From the NCBI GenBank assembly GCA_018652595.1, contig JABIBU010000016.1, forward strand, positions 26,911 to 90,910: a DNA stretch of 64,000 bases, given 5' to 3'. Both the position numbers and the translations under genes were made by a program. Position 1 is the stretch's first letter. Each line of letters opens with the position of its first letter. The notes below the pieces were generated by a model. That model was not told where the DNA came from. It saw nothing but the letters and a program-made list of their open reading frames with translations, and did not search any database. The stretch comes from Candidatus Magasanikiibacteriota bacterium. Lineage in GTDB: Bacteria; Patescibacteriota; Patescibacteriia; Magasanikbacterales; UBA922. Shown here one piece after another: positions 1 to 9,346 of this stretch.

Positions 1-548
1 GTGGAGAAAAATATAGAAACTCAGATTTACTAAAGGCAATGCTAGTCTCGTCTCTAAATACACCTGCTAGAATACTAGTAGATTCGGTAGAAGAAGATGA
101 GGCCAGCTTTATATCCAGCATGAACAAGCAAGCCAAAGATTGGGGCTTGGGAGAAACCAACTTTACCGATGTGTATGGTTATGATTTGGGAAACATAAGT
201 ACTGCTCGTGAATTTTTGACACTGTACTCAAAAGCAGAAAAAAATAAAACAGTTCGTGAAAATCTAGGTATGAAAAGTTACCAATATAATGAATTAAAGG
301 ATAAGGACGGCAAATCCAGCCATCACGACAATCATAGCAATAAGTTGGTAAATAAAGCTGGATTAAATTTTAATATAATTTCCAGTAAAACTGGATACCT
401 AAACGAGGCTGGTTCTGGATTAATAATGCTGATCGAAAGAAAGACTGATAATAAAAAATTTGTTGTAATAACTATGGGAAATCCAGATTACACAAATCGC
501 TTTGATGAACCTGAAAGACTGTCTGAATGGTCAATAGATAATTTTTAA
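1..548 (+). CDS. serine-type D-Ala-D-Ala carboxypeptidase / beta-lactamase-fold hydrolase, 5'-truncated by window edge
   Basis: Frame open to position 3 with no upstream stop. Has a KTG motif (ISSKTGYLNEAGSGL) and the C-terminal G..G..V..G pattern of peptidase S11/PBP5-like proteins. The N-terminal SxxK motif lies outside the window. Confidence 0.55.
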   Translation, partial: GEKYRNSDLLKAMLVSSLNTPARILVDSVEEDEASFISSMNKQAKDWGLGETNFTDVYGYDLGNISTAREFLTLYSKAEKNKTVRENLGMKSYQYNELKDKDGKSSHHDNHSNKLVNKAGLNFNIISSKTGYLNEAGSGLIMLIERKTDNKKFVVITMGNPDYTNRFDEPERLSEWSIDNF

Positions 549-574
549 AAGTTAATAATTATAACACGATCACT

Positions 575-1363
575 ATGCTTGTATTCTCCGCTATTGTCCC
601 CCACCCACCAGTTCTTATACCAAGTATTGGTAAGGATGAAATTAAAAAAATAGAAAAAACAAAACAGGCTATTGAACAACTTGAGCAAGATTTGTACTTG
701 TCCAAGCCTGATATTATTATAATTATCTCTCCACATGGCAGTTTGTTTACAGATGCTTTTTCTATCAACGCTCACACCCACTTTGTTTCAGACTTTGAAC
801 AGTTTGGGGATCTTACCACCAAACTAGAGTGGACAGGAGCAGATTCATTGGCTGCCAAGATAAAACAAGGAATCGAAAATGAAGATGTACCATTACAACT
901 TATTAGCCAAGAACAGCTAGATCACGGCTCTACTATTCCTTTATATGGCCTAACCAAACATTTACCAGATATCAAAATTTTACCAATAGGATATTCAGAG
1001 CTCGAATCAAAAATACACTTAAAATTTGGAGAGTCTCTCAAAGAAGTTATAATGGAATCAAACAAACGTATTGCTGTTATTGCATCTGGCGACTTATCTC
1101 ACGCATTAACAACTGATGCACCAGCAGGATTCTCAAAAACAGGCCAAGAATTTGACAATAAAATTATAGAACTTTTGGAAAACAAAAATACAACTGGGAT
1201 TGCTAATATGGATGATAAAATTGTAGATAGCGCATCAGAATGCGGATATAGATCAATTTTAATCTTACTTGGCATCCTAAAAAATATGGACTACAGCTTT
1301 AAAAACTATTCCTACGAAGCTCCTTTCGGAGTTGGCTATTTGGTAGGAAATTTTGTATTATAA
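575..1363 (+). CDS. class III extradiol dioxygenase subunit B-like / MEMO1 (AmmeMemoRadiSam system protein B) family protein
   Basis: IIISPHG and SGDLSHAL motifs typical of the LigB/MEMO fold; 262 aa. Confidence 0.55.
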   Translation: MLVFSAIVPHPPVLIPSIGKDEIKKIEKTKQAIEQLEQDLYLSKPDIIIIISPHGSLFTDAFSINAHTHFVSDFEQFGDLTTKLEWTGADSLAAKIKQGIENEDVPLQLISQEQLDHGSTIPLYGLTKHLPDIKILPIGYSELESKIHLKFGESLKEVIMESNKRIAVIASGDLSHALTTDAPAGFSKTGQEFDNKIIELLENKNTTGIANMDDKIVDSASECGYRSILILLGILKNMDYSFKNYSYEAPFGVGYLVGNFVL

Positions 1364-1682
1364 AACTATGGATGGAATCGGAAAAATTCTAAAAAAGGTA
1401 GACGAACACAAGCCTAAACAGAACAAAAACATACACTCCGAAGCTCACTACTGGGCAGATGTTATCTCTACTGCATTTGGTGAAAAAAATAAGTTTGGCA
1501 TGTACTTGGGAGTAATAAAAAAAATCGGCGCCGATAGAGCTCAGCTGATTTTTAATGAATTAAAAAATTCAAATGTAAAAAGCCCAGGAAGACTATTTAT
1601 CTGGAAAAGCAATCCCAAAAATTTTATAGATCAAAACAAAAAAAATAATACTAATAAAGCATCCCTCTTCGGGAAGAAATGA
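1353..1682 (+). CDS. hypothetical small basic protein
   Basis: ORF only. A start at M6 (1368) is also possible. No recognisable motifs. Confidence 0.3.
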   Translation: MYYKTMDGIGKILKKVDEHKPKQNKNIHSEAHYWADVISTAFGEKNKFGMYLGVIKKIGADRAQLIFNELKNSNVKSPGRLFIWKSNPKNFIDQNKKNNTNKASLFGKK

Positions 1683-1686
1683 AGCT

Positions 1687-2184
1687 ATGTTACAAATTAT
1701 AGCAATCCCAACTGAATCACTAAGAGAGGTATCAAAGGAAATTGATCGCAATTTTTTGTTATCCGCTAATACACAGCACTTTATACAGCAGTTAATTGCA
1801 ACCATGTACAACGATGACGGCGTAGGAATAGCTGCTCCGCAAGTTGAAAAAAATATCCGTATCTGCATCATTGGCACAGAAGGAATAAAGCTAGACAAAA
1901 AAACTTCAGTTAGTGCAGATGAAAACTTAATACTGGTGAACCCTGTCTGGACCAAAACCAGCATTAGAAAAGATTGGGACACCGAAGGGTGCTTGTCTGT
2001 ACCAAAAACTTATGGCAAAGTAAAACGCTACAAACATATTATGGTCAAAGCGCTCGACAAAGATGGGAATGAACTAAATTTTGAAGCCCACAACTTTTTT
2101 GCCAGGGTTATTCAACATGAAGTTGACCATCTAGATGGTATACTTTTTATTGATAAAGCTAAGGATATTTATGAAATCGATTAA
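1687..2184 (+). CDS. def: peptide deformylase
   Basis: GIAAPQV, EGCLSVP and QHEVDHLDG metal-binding motifs. Immediately followed by fmt, the classic def-fmt pair. Confidence 0.9.
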   Translation: MLQIIAIPTESLREVSKEIDRNFLLSANTQHFIQQLIATMYNDDGVGIAAPQVEKNIRICIIGTEGIKLDKKTSVSADENLILVNPVWTKTSIRKDWDTEGCLSVPKTYGKVKRYKHIMVKALDKDGNELNFEAHNFFARVIQHEVDHLDGILFIDKAKDIYEID

Positions 2185-3091
2185 AACAGTCTTCTTCGGC
2201 ACACATGACTTTGCCGTAACTATTTTACAAGGACTAATTGACAGTCCTCTTTTTGATATCGAACTTGTTATCACCCAACCAGACAAACCAGTCGGCCGAA
2301 AAAAAGAACTCACTCCACCACCAGTAAAACTTCTCGCGCAAAAACATAATATCAAAACAGACCAACCTTCTTCTCTTAAAGACTATAACCTAAAACCCAA
2401 TACTTACAACCTCGGAATTACAGCACAGTATGGCCTTCTTATACCTGAAAAGATATTAAATGCACCAATCCATGGAACACTAAACACTCACACATCTCTA
2501 TTACCAAAATACCGTGGTTCCTCCCCTATTCAGTCTGCTTTAATTGATGGTGAAACTGAGACTGGAGTAACAATAATGAAGATGGACAAAGGTCTGGATA
2601 CAGGACCTATAATTCTCCAAAAATCAATCAAAATAGAGCCAAACGACACTTATATCGACTTGGACAAAAAACTAGCTAAAATAGGCATTTCTGCCCTTCT
2701 AGAAGCAGTTCCAGCTTATGTTTCGGGTGAACTACAACCTTCCCACCAAGATGATTCACAAGCTACGACCTGCAAACAATTTACGCGTGAAGATGGGAAA
2801 GTTCATTGGAATAAAACTGCCAAAGAAATTTACAATCTCTATCGCGGTCTGACACCTTGGCCTGGTGTTTGGTCTATTTGGAAAGATAAGCGCCTAAAAC
2901 TTTTGAAAATTAAACCAGTTGACTTAGAATTAGAACCCGGTTTAGTAAAAACAGAAAATGGCAAGCTATATATAGGAACCACAGACAAATCAATTGAAGC
3001 TCTTGAATTGCAGCTGGAAGGCAAACAAAAAATGGATATTAAACAATTTATAAACGGCTACAAAAATATTGATAAGCAAATTTTAAAATAG
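2171..3091 (+). CDS. fmt: methionyl-tRNA formyltransferase
   Basis: N-terminal formyltransferase domain with HTSLLPKYRG motif. The longer ORF (2135) overlaps def; M13 (MKSIKTVFFGT) gives a canonical start overlapping the def stop. Confidence 0.88.
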   Translation: MKSIKTVFFGTHDFAVTILQGLIDSPLFDIELVITQPDKPVGRKKELTPPPVKLLAQKHNIKTDQPSSLKDYNLKPNTYNLGITAQYGLLIPEKILNAPIHGTLNTHTSLLPKYRGSSPIQSALIDGETETGVTIMKMDKGLDTGPIILQKSIKIEPNDTYIDLDKKLAKIGISALLEAVPAYVSGELQPSHQDDSQATTCKQFTREDGKVHWNKTAKEIYNLYRGLTPWPGVWSIWKDKRLKLLKIKPVDLELEPGLVKTENGKLYIGTTDKSIEALELQLEGKQKMDIKQFINGYKNIDKQILK

Positions 3092-3105
3092 GAACACAAA
3101 TTAGT

Positions 3106-4587
3106 ATGCAAAAATTTCTAACTGAAAAATCAATCTTTTTTCAAAAACAAACTATGTTACTACTAGTTTTGTTTTTTTTACTCCGATTTGGTTCTTTTTT
3201 CTTGAATGGACATCTAATAATTCAAGGCATAATGGTTTTTGCACTACTAATGCTACTTGGAATTCTGTATTTCAAAAATCCTGATTGGGCATGGATGCTG
3301 GTATTGGGCGAAATATTTCTTGGTGGATCGGGTCACTATTTGGAATTCATTGGACTCTCAATTAGAACGCTATTCATTGGTTTCTTTTTATTCCTCTGGG
3401 CATCCGACAATATAGGCCGGAGTATACTGAAAAAAAGACTAAAAATTCACAAATATACAAACTGGATAATTTCACTATTATTTTTATCCTTATTTTTTGC
3501 TTTTGTAAATGGAATTTATCATGGCCACGAAGCTCATCGAGTGATTCAAGACTTTATGCCATTTACTTTTTTATTTCTTATTTTTCCATCTTATCACCTG
3601 TTCAAAGAAACAAAGATTCAAAACTATCTGGCTCGTCTAATGCTAGTCTTTATTATTGGGACAGCTATTTTTTCACTGTTTTCTTTTGGGCTTTTTTCAT
3701 TAGGAATTACCGAGATTCATGAGCCTTTTTACAATTGGTACAGAGACATCGATGTCGGAAAAATAACAGACATGGGAACTGGTTTTTTTAGAATAGTAGA
3801 GACAACCCATCTAATGATCGTACCTTTAATTTTAATAATATCATCACTATTAATGAGGAATGAGAAACACCATAAAATGTGGCGACTACTCCTAATACTA
3901 TCAATTATAATTCTAGTGCTAAATCTATCTCGTGGTTATTTCCTTGCTTTAGGGGTTGGGCTCCTAGTCTTGAAATACAAACACAAATGGAAACAGTGGA
4001 TAAAAGAATCGCTATACACAATACTGTTAGTTGTTGTAATTTTTTCTAGTCTACATTTTATGGCTAGCGCTGGACAGTCTTTTGGTTGGGAATTGTTCGG
4101 TGTTCGATTAAAAAGCTTTACTCAACCGCAAATTGAAGTTAGTACCAATACTCGAATGATGATCCTACCAAACATAGTACAAATGATTGGTCAAAATCCA
4201 GTCTTGGGTATAGGGCTTGGTGCAACTGTTACTTTTATAAATTACAACACATACGAAAGCCTTACAACACCACATTTTGACTGGGGGTATCTAGAAATGT
4301 GGGCAGAACTAGGCCTACCAGGCACTCTGATGCTTATATTTTTATATTGCTTTGTTGCGTATGCTCTAATAAAAAAAATAAAAGCCATCCCTGAGTGGCA
4401 TGACTTTGATGTTGGATTGCTAGCTGCTATTATATCCCTTCTAGTGATGAATATTACGATCGCAGCACTATTTCATGTCTTTGGAATTTTATTCCTGATC
4501 TTCGCACTCACTATTGCGACAAAATATACTGAAATTTTTGATAGAACCACAGCTTTGCTTTATCAGATGTTTAATCGAATGAAATAA
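3106..4587 (+). CDS. O-antigen ligase (Wzy_C) family polytopic membrane protein
   Basis: About 12 TM helices. Wzy_C-like loop motifs NLSRGYF, RMMILPNIVQMIGQNPVLGIGLGA and HFDWGYLEMWAELGLPG. Confidence 0.55.
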   Translation: MQKFLTEKSIFFQKQTMLLLVLFFLLRFGSFFLNGHLIIQGIMVFALLMLLGILYFKNPDWAWMLVLGEIFLGGSGHYLEFIGLSIRTLFIGFFLFLWASDNIGRSILKKRLKIHKYTNWIISLLFLSLFFAFVNGIYHGHEAHRVIQDFMPFTFLFLIFPSYHLFKETKIQNYLARLMLVFIIGTAIFSLFSFGLFSLGITEIHEPFYNWYRDIDVGKITDMGTGFFRIVETTHLMIVPLILIISSLLMRNEKHHKMWRLLLILSIIILVLNLSRGYFLALGVGLLVLKYKHKWKQWIKESLYTILLVVVIFSSLHFMASAGQSFGWELFGVRLKSFTQPQIEVSTNTRMMILPNIVQMIGQNPVLGIGLGATVTFINYNTYESLTTPHFDWGYLEMWAELGLPGTLMLIFLYCFVAYALIKKIKAIPEWHDFDVGLLAAIISLLVMNITIAALFHVFGILFLIFALTIATKYTEIFDRTTALLYQMFNRMK

Positions 4588-4604
4588 AATATTTTATAAA
4601 TGAC

Positions 4605-4640
4605 AATGCCGAGGATCCTCCAGGTCCTCGGCTTTTTTGT
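4605..4640 (+). terminator. rho-independent terminator
   Basis: gccgagga-tcctccagg-tcctcggc followed by TTTTTTG. Confidence 0.7.
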
Positions 4641-5035
4641 CCCTCCGTACCATAGAGGTCTTGCAGCGAAATAGCTACTACCTCACGGCCTGTCTCAACC
4701 CGTCGGTGGTTTTCCTCCTCAGGGTTTCCGCCTCTCCAGAAGCCTCTTGTCGTGCCCGCTCACGAGCCCGCTCCAGGGCTTCCAGCATAGGCTCGCCGGT
4801 GAAAGGAGATGTAACACTCTCGTGTTCGAACCCCTCTCCGTACCCATTGGCTCCGTGCCCTCTCTTGTAGCTCCAAAATGACCGCATCCCACACCTCTTC
4901 TCAGAGAAAAAGTTAAGGATGCATCTTCCCTCGTCTCACGACGAAGAGCTGATTACCACCTTGCCAGAAAACCTCCGGTAGGTTGGCGGGTTGAGACCAG
5001 CTACTCCATATCCCTTCTAGATGCAAACACTTGCC
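4641..5035. ncRNA. candidate structured ncRNA, class undetermined (about 58% GC island in 35% GC genome)
   Basis: 400-nt GC-rich island with no credible ORF (overlapping antisense ORFs of low-complexity R/A/S/P composition). 11-bp long-range complementarity 4692-4702 :: 4987-4997, extendable by a second helix 4705-4715 :: 4966-4976. Loose RNase-P-like strings (CAUAGG, GGUGAAAGG, CCAGAAAACCUCCGG) but no canonical P4. Confidence 0.4.
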
Positions 5036-5141
5036 ACACAGCAAGACAAAATAAACTTAAAAATTTACTTTGTCCTACTGTGAACAAAAATATAGTAACA
5101 AAAAAAGACTAAAAAGTCAATACCACCGCTGTGAATTATAA

Positions 5142-5843
5142 TTATTTTAATTTATGCTTTTCTAAAACAACCTTTTTTGCATCTTCGTACTCTCTCACTC
5201 GCTTTGAAATTCCAGGTAAACACTTGAAAGGAACCCCATAAGCAATTCTTGGCAACCAACCACTCATTGTACCGCCACCTAGTATTGTAAATAAATATTC
5301 ATCTACCCAAACGCCAGCCTTACCTTTCTCAGCCATACCCAACCAAAGATCCCAATCTTGAAACCTCTTCAAGCTCTCATCCCATTTCATCACATCTTTT
5401 CTACGGATTAAACTGGTGCTGTGAATATAATTATTTTTTTCCAATTCACTCTCATCAAATTTTCTAGCAGGAATTTTTTTTGTTATATATTTTATGATAG
5501 ATGTCTCATGATTGCAATATGCATAACTCGCTTCACTATTCTCTTGCAACTCACCACACATCTTTTCCAACATTTCAGACTCTCCAATCACATCCGCATC
5601 CCAAAATATCACATACTCACCTTTTGCTTCTTCCAACCCCCTGTTCCTGGCACTCGGCGCTCCCTTATTTTCTTGTCTGATTAATTTAACAGAATCATCT
5701 ACCTCAACTTTCTCATCACTACCATCATCTACTACTATGATTTCAATGTTTTTATAAATTTGTCTTTTTATTGAATCTAAAACCTTAGGCAACAAATGCA
5801 CTCGGTTATATATTGGAATAATTACACTGATTAATTCTTTCAT
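5142..5843 (-). CDS. glycosyltransferase family 2
   Basis: ISVIIPIYN...VVDDGSDE...WDADV GT-A signature. The ORF extends to 5936 but a start at M32 (MKELISVIIP) fits family N-termini. Confidence 0.7.
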   Translation of the reverse strand: MKELISVIIPIYNRVHLLPKVLDSIKRQIYKNIEIIVVDDGSDEKVEVDDSVKLIRQENKGAPSARNRGLEEAKGEYVIFWDADVIGESEMLEKMCGELQENSEASYAYCNHETSIIKYITKKIPARKFDESELEKNNYIHSTSLIRRKDVMKWDESLKRFQDWDLWLGMAEKGKAGVWVDEYLFTILGGGTMSGWLPRIAYGVPFKCLPGISKRVREYEDAKKVVLEKHKLK

Positions 5844-6000
5844 AGAAAATGTGTCATTGCGAGGAGTGAGTATACACAACGCGGCAATCTCATACATTAA
5901 TAGCGATACTAATGTATCAAAAACTGAGATTGCCACGCAAAAAATTTTCTTTCAGAAATTTACTGCTCGCAATGACAGTGTTTTTATAATTTGGATCACC

Positions 6001-7140
6001 CTACATCCACTTACCAATCACTTTCATCTGACTATCCCACTTAAAATTTGCCCGAACCCTGATCCTTGCATTCTCAGATAATCTCTTGGCATATTCATCA
6101 TTATCAAACATTTCTGCAATTGATTTTATTACACTCTTGTCGCCCTTATATATATCGACTAGAACACCAGTCTGTGTGTGAAGCACTGCTTCTTCTACAC
6201 CACCACTCTTACCTGCCACAACAGGCAATCCAGCTGCCGCTGCCTCCAGATAGACCAAACCTAACCCCTCTTCTCTACCTTCATCTGGATGAGTAAGCAA
6301 TACAAACAAATCTGCCAAATGATAAAACTTGTTCAATTCTTCGTGTGGTACCTCACCAATAAACCTAACTACACTCTGCAAAGAATTCTTTTGTATTTCT
6401 TTTAACAAAAAATCTTTCTTCGGACCATCACCAACCACAAACCAAACCAAATTTGGAACTTCTTTCAATATCTCTGGCAACATTCTAATAAGATGAGTGT
6501 AACCCTTACCCTCATCCAGCCTGGCAACAGTTAGCATTACTTTTTTCCCTTCCAAGGCATACTGCGCCTTTAGACTATTATTTTCTTCCTCGCTCATTTC
6601 ATCATAAAAAATCTGCTCTGGACAAGGATACAGCACACTTGCCTTACTCTCATACTCGGGCAATACTTTTAATAGTCTGTGTTTCAAATTTTTGCTGTTA
6701 AATACAATCTGCTCAGAATCTTCCAAAACTTTTTTTAACATTCCTCGTTTCCACCTAGATCTGGTAGCATACTCTATATCTGTACCATGTGAAAAAACCA
6801 GATAAGGAATTTTTTTGAACTTTTTTATAAGCCTGGCTACATGCCCAACTGGCAATACGTGATGCAAATAAATTATCTCGATTTTTTCTTTTTTTATAAT
6901 TCGTAACACCTGAAAAAATAACTTGATCCATCTAGGCCAAATAAAGACCGGGAAAAGCATGTTTTTTCTAATTGTCTTAAATTTTTCCCCCTTATCAAAT
7001 TCTTTTGCATTCTTGTAGCCCGGTGCCAATACGACAACATCAGCTGGATCTAGCTCGCCAGCAAATTGACGAACATAACTAGCTATTCCACCAATCTTTG
7101 GTGGATACTCAAATGTAATAATTAATTTTTTCATAAACAA
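6001..7140 (-). CDS. glycosyltransferase family 4 (GT-B)
   Basis: C-terminal EGLGLVYLEAAAAGLPVVAGKSGG motif of GT1/GT4 enzymes. Confidence 0.8.
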   Translation of the reverse strand: MFMKKLIITFEYPPKIGGIASYVRQFAGELDPADVVVLAPGYKNAKEFDKGEKFKTIRKNMLFPVFIWPRWIKLFFQVLRIIKKEKIEIIYLHHVLPVGHVARLIKKFKKIPYLVFSHGTDIEYATRSRWKRGMLKKVLEDSEQIVFNSKNLKHRLLKVLPEYESKASVLYPCPEQIFYDEMSEEENNSLKAQYALEGKKVMLTVARLDEGKGYTHLIRMLPEILKEVPNLVWFVVGDGPKKDFLLKEIQKNSLQSVVRFIGEVPHEELNKFYHLADLFVLLTHPDEGREEGLGLVYLEAAAAGLPVVAGKSGGVEEAVLHTQTGVLVDIYKGDKSVIKSIAEMFDNDEYAKRLSENARIRVRANFKWDSQMKVIGKWM

Positions 7141-7159
7141 ATACTTTAAAAACTTTATC

Positions 7160-7184
7160 AGAGCATACCGATGCCCTGTGGGTA
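7160..7184. repeat. core copy of the 27-nt repeat family (gatgccctgtgggta)
   Basis: agagcataccgatgccctgtgggta in the intergenic region between the GT4 and flippase genes. Confidence 0.6.
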
Positions 7185-7195
7185 TAAACTAGCAA

Positions 7196-8629
7196 TTATT
7201 TTTTTACCAAAACCAAGGCCTCTTTTAGTTGCTCAGTAGTAATAGCACGAGTCACAAACAACATTATAGGATAGATAGCAGCACCAATCAGAATTGCAAC
7301 TGTATAGTGAGAAATTTGATTTATAAAATATACTACCAGACCCATTACTATCGCTGAAATAAAAATTTGCAAAAATGACTTGAACAAAAACCAATGGGAT
7401 ATTTTTGTAATACTTGGCATTACAAGATAGCCAAATAAGGTTAGACAAAAATTACCAACGAGGGCTGATACCGCTGCCCCAACCACGCCAATTCTAGGAA
7501 TTAAAATTAAATTCAAAATAATATTAATCACCATTACAAAAAATACTATTACCGTCTGTGTGATCTGACGATTACAGGCGTTAAGAAAAGCCCCGATTGG
7601 AAAGCTAACATATGAAAAGATAAGACCTGCGAGTAATATTTGCAAAGGCAAAATGGAATTAATATACTCTGCAGTATAGAGAGACAAAATAATATCTCTC
7701 GCCAACACACCAATCCCAATTGCAATTGGAAAAACAATTATAAGCAAATACTTCATCCCACGCTCAAAAATATAGGATAGCTTTTCTTTATCTTTTTCAA
7801 AGTACTCACTAAACTTGGGATAGAGTGCCGCAACTAAGGCTAATGGCATAAATTGAAAAGCATAAGTAATCTTATAGGGAATACTGTACCAGCCCACTGC
7901 AATATCTCCAGCAAGCTTGGAAAGCAAAATTGAATCTATATAAGAATAGACTCGACCGAATATAGCGGTAAGAGCAAATGGAATAGCAATCAAAGCCATA
8001 AATCGTAGGGCTTGTTTGTCCAATTTTGGCTGGAATCTAATTTTATATTTTTTGAACAATACCGTCGCACTATATACAACATTCAAAAAACTAGGAATTG
8101 TAAAGGCAGCTATCAACCAAATAAGCGGCATTTTTAAATACAAAAATGTCGTACCCAAGATAAGAGTCATAAACTGACTAGCAGTAATTGCAATTGCCTC
8201 ATACTTCAAATTTCCAATCGCTCGCAATACTCCATAAATAGTGAGATGGAGTGAATCAAAAAGCATCGTGATAGCTGAAAGATAGACCAAATGTTTGGTC
8301 TCCACTGGATAGCCCATAATATTTATCACAAGCAAAGCTAAAAGGTATGTAATAACTCCCAAAAATATTTTTGTAAACAAAACACTAGAAAAATATTTTT
8401 GCAATCTATCCTTACCCTTTGCACCTTCACGGATCAAAACCTGTGTTAATCCGAGATCAATAAACACTACAAATACCGTAGTAAAGGACAATGCAAAAAA
8501 ATACTTCCCAGTCCCCTCTGCACCGATGTTTCGTGCTATCAAAGTAAAGTAAACAAAAGAAATCACCTTCTGTCCCACAGAGGCAATCGTCATAAATGCT
8601 GTATTTTTTGCAATAGATTTTCCTTCCAT
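7196..8629 (-). CDS. oligosaccharide/polysaccharide flippase (Wzx-like, MOP superfamily)
   Basis: 477 aa with about 12-14 TM helices. N-terminus typical of polysaccharide biosynthesis protein family. Sits in a GT cluster. Confidence 0.65.
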   Translation of the reverse strand: MEGKSIAKNTAFMTIASVGQKVISFVYFTLIARNIGAEGTGKYFFALSFTTVFVVFIDLGLTQVLIREGAKGKDRLQKYFSSVLFTKIFLGVITYLLALLVINIMGYPVETKHLVYLSAITMLFDSLHLTIYGVLRAIGNLKYEAIAITASQFMTLILGTTFLYLKMPLIWLIAAFTIPSFLNVVYSATVLFKKYKIRFQPKLDKQALRFMALIAIPFALTAIFGRVYSYIDSILLSKLAGDIAVGWYSIPYKITYAFQFMPLALVAALYPKFSEYFEKDKEKLSYIFERGMKYLLIIVFPIAIGIGVLARDIILSLYTAEYINSILPLQILLAGLIFSYVSFPIGAFLNACNRQITQTVIVFFVMVINIILNLILIPRIGVVGAAVSALVGNFCLTLFGYLVMPSITKISHWFLFKSFLQIFISAIVMGLVVYFINQISHYTVAILIGAAIYPIMLFVTRAITTEQLKEALVLVKK

Positions 8630-8669
8630 ATTTAACTATATTTTACGCTAAAATGGAGGAAAAATCAAA

Positions 8670-8698
8670 TTGACAAATTACCAAATAACTGCTAATAT
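8670..8698 (+). promoter_or_regulatory. sigma70-type promoter for the 8738 gene
   Basis: TTGACA-17 nt-TAATAT, about 40 nt upstream of the ATG. Confidence 0.55.
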
Positions 8699-8737
8699 AT
8701 TTTTAGGCAATAAGGCCATCAAAATACAGGTGACAAA

Positions 8738-9127
8738 ATGAACAAAAAGGAGAAAACGAGTGAGCTGAACCTAACAACCAGGAGACGAAGCTACAGAAAA
8801 AGAACTATCAAATTCAGAGGGCGCTTCTATCGCCTGAATGGGATAGAAAGAGAATTTGATTGCGTTGTGGCTGGTGACAGACTCATCACCAAACTCACCT
8901 GCCCGAACCACCCTCAAAGGGCTTACGGCCAATGGGAACTGGAAGTGGCTGACGTGGTACCGTGCAAAGACTACGAAGATCTTGTGTACATGACATGTTT
9001 CCTGCGTTACAACTACAGCCCTCACGACCTCAGAAAAGTTGTATTCATCACCCTCTTTGCTTATCCAGACGGAAGAGGCTGGATTCACTCAATCTGCCAC
9101 ATGGAACGTGAGAAGAGGAGGAAATAA
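8738..9127 (+). CDS. hypothetical protein (GC-rich islet, basic N-terminus)
   Basis: 129-aa ORF with elevated GC (about 48%) relative to surroundings. Own consensus promoter at 8670-8698 and tandem terminators. No recognised domain. Confidence 0.5.
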   Translation: MNKKEKTSELNLTTRRRSYRKRTIKFRGRFYRLNGIEREFDCVVAGDRLITKLTCPNHPQRAYGQWELEVADVVPCKDYEDLVYMTCFLRYNYSPHDLRKVVFITLFAYPDGRGWIHSICHMEREKRRK

Positions 9128-9190
9128 GGTAGAATAACAACTACCACAACCAACGCAGCCTGTTTTAGGCAGAAGACAATGAATCATCCG

Positions 9191-9296
9191 TCAACTGCTC
9201 CAGCTCTGAAATTATTCAGATCTGAAGTAGGAGAATTTACGGATGGTTTTTTGTTTTAAAACAAAAAACCCTGCTTTCGCAGGATTTTGTATTTTA
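9191..9296. terminator. tandem terminators; the second is bidirectional (ends the 8738 gene and rpsI)
   Basis: catccgt…acggatg + GTTTTTTGTTTT, then aaaaaa-ccctgc-tttc-gcagg-attttgtatttt. Confidence 0.6.
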
Positions 9297-9310
9297 TTCC
9301 ATGTATACTG

Positions 9311-9337
9311 TCCCCGTAGAGGGATGCTCTGTGGGTA
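9311..9337. repeat. 27-nt dispersed repeat tccccgWagagRgatgcYctgtgggta (copy downstream of rpsI)
   Basis: tccccgtagagggatgctctgtgggta. 24/27 identical to 44052-44078; 15-nt core gatgcYctgtgggta also at 7170-7184. Confidence 0.7.
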
Positions 9338-9346
9338 AATCGTGTT

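Noticed and set aside
4820-4850. tRNA/tmRNA-like T-loop GTTCGAAC inside the first GC-rich island
   Set aside because: No complementary 5-bp T-stem, acceptor stem or CCA end can be formed on either strand, so it is not a tRNA or tmRNA 3' domain.
4637-4887. Overlapping antisense ORFs (77 aa plus-strand, 69 aa minus-strand) in the GC-rich island
   Set aside because: Low-complexity Arg/Ala/Ser/Pro composition on both strands with no RBS. This is typical of open frames in GC-rich non-coding DNA and is better explained as structured RNA.
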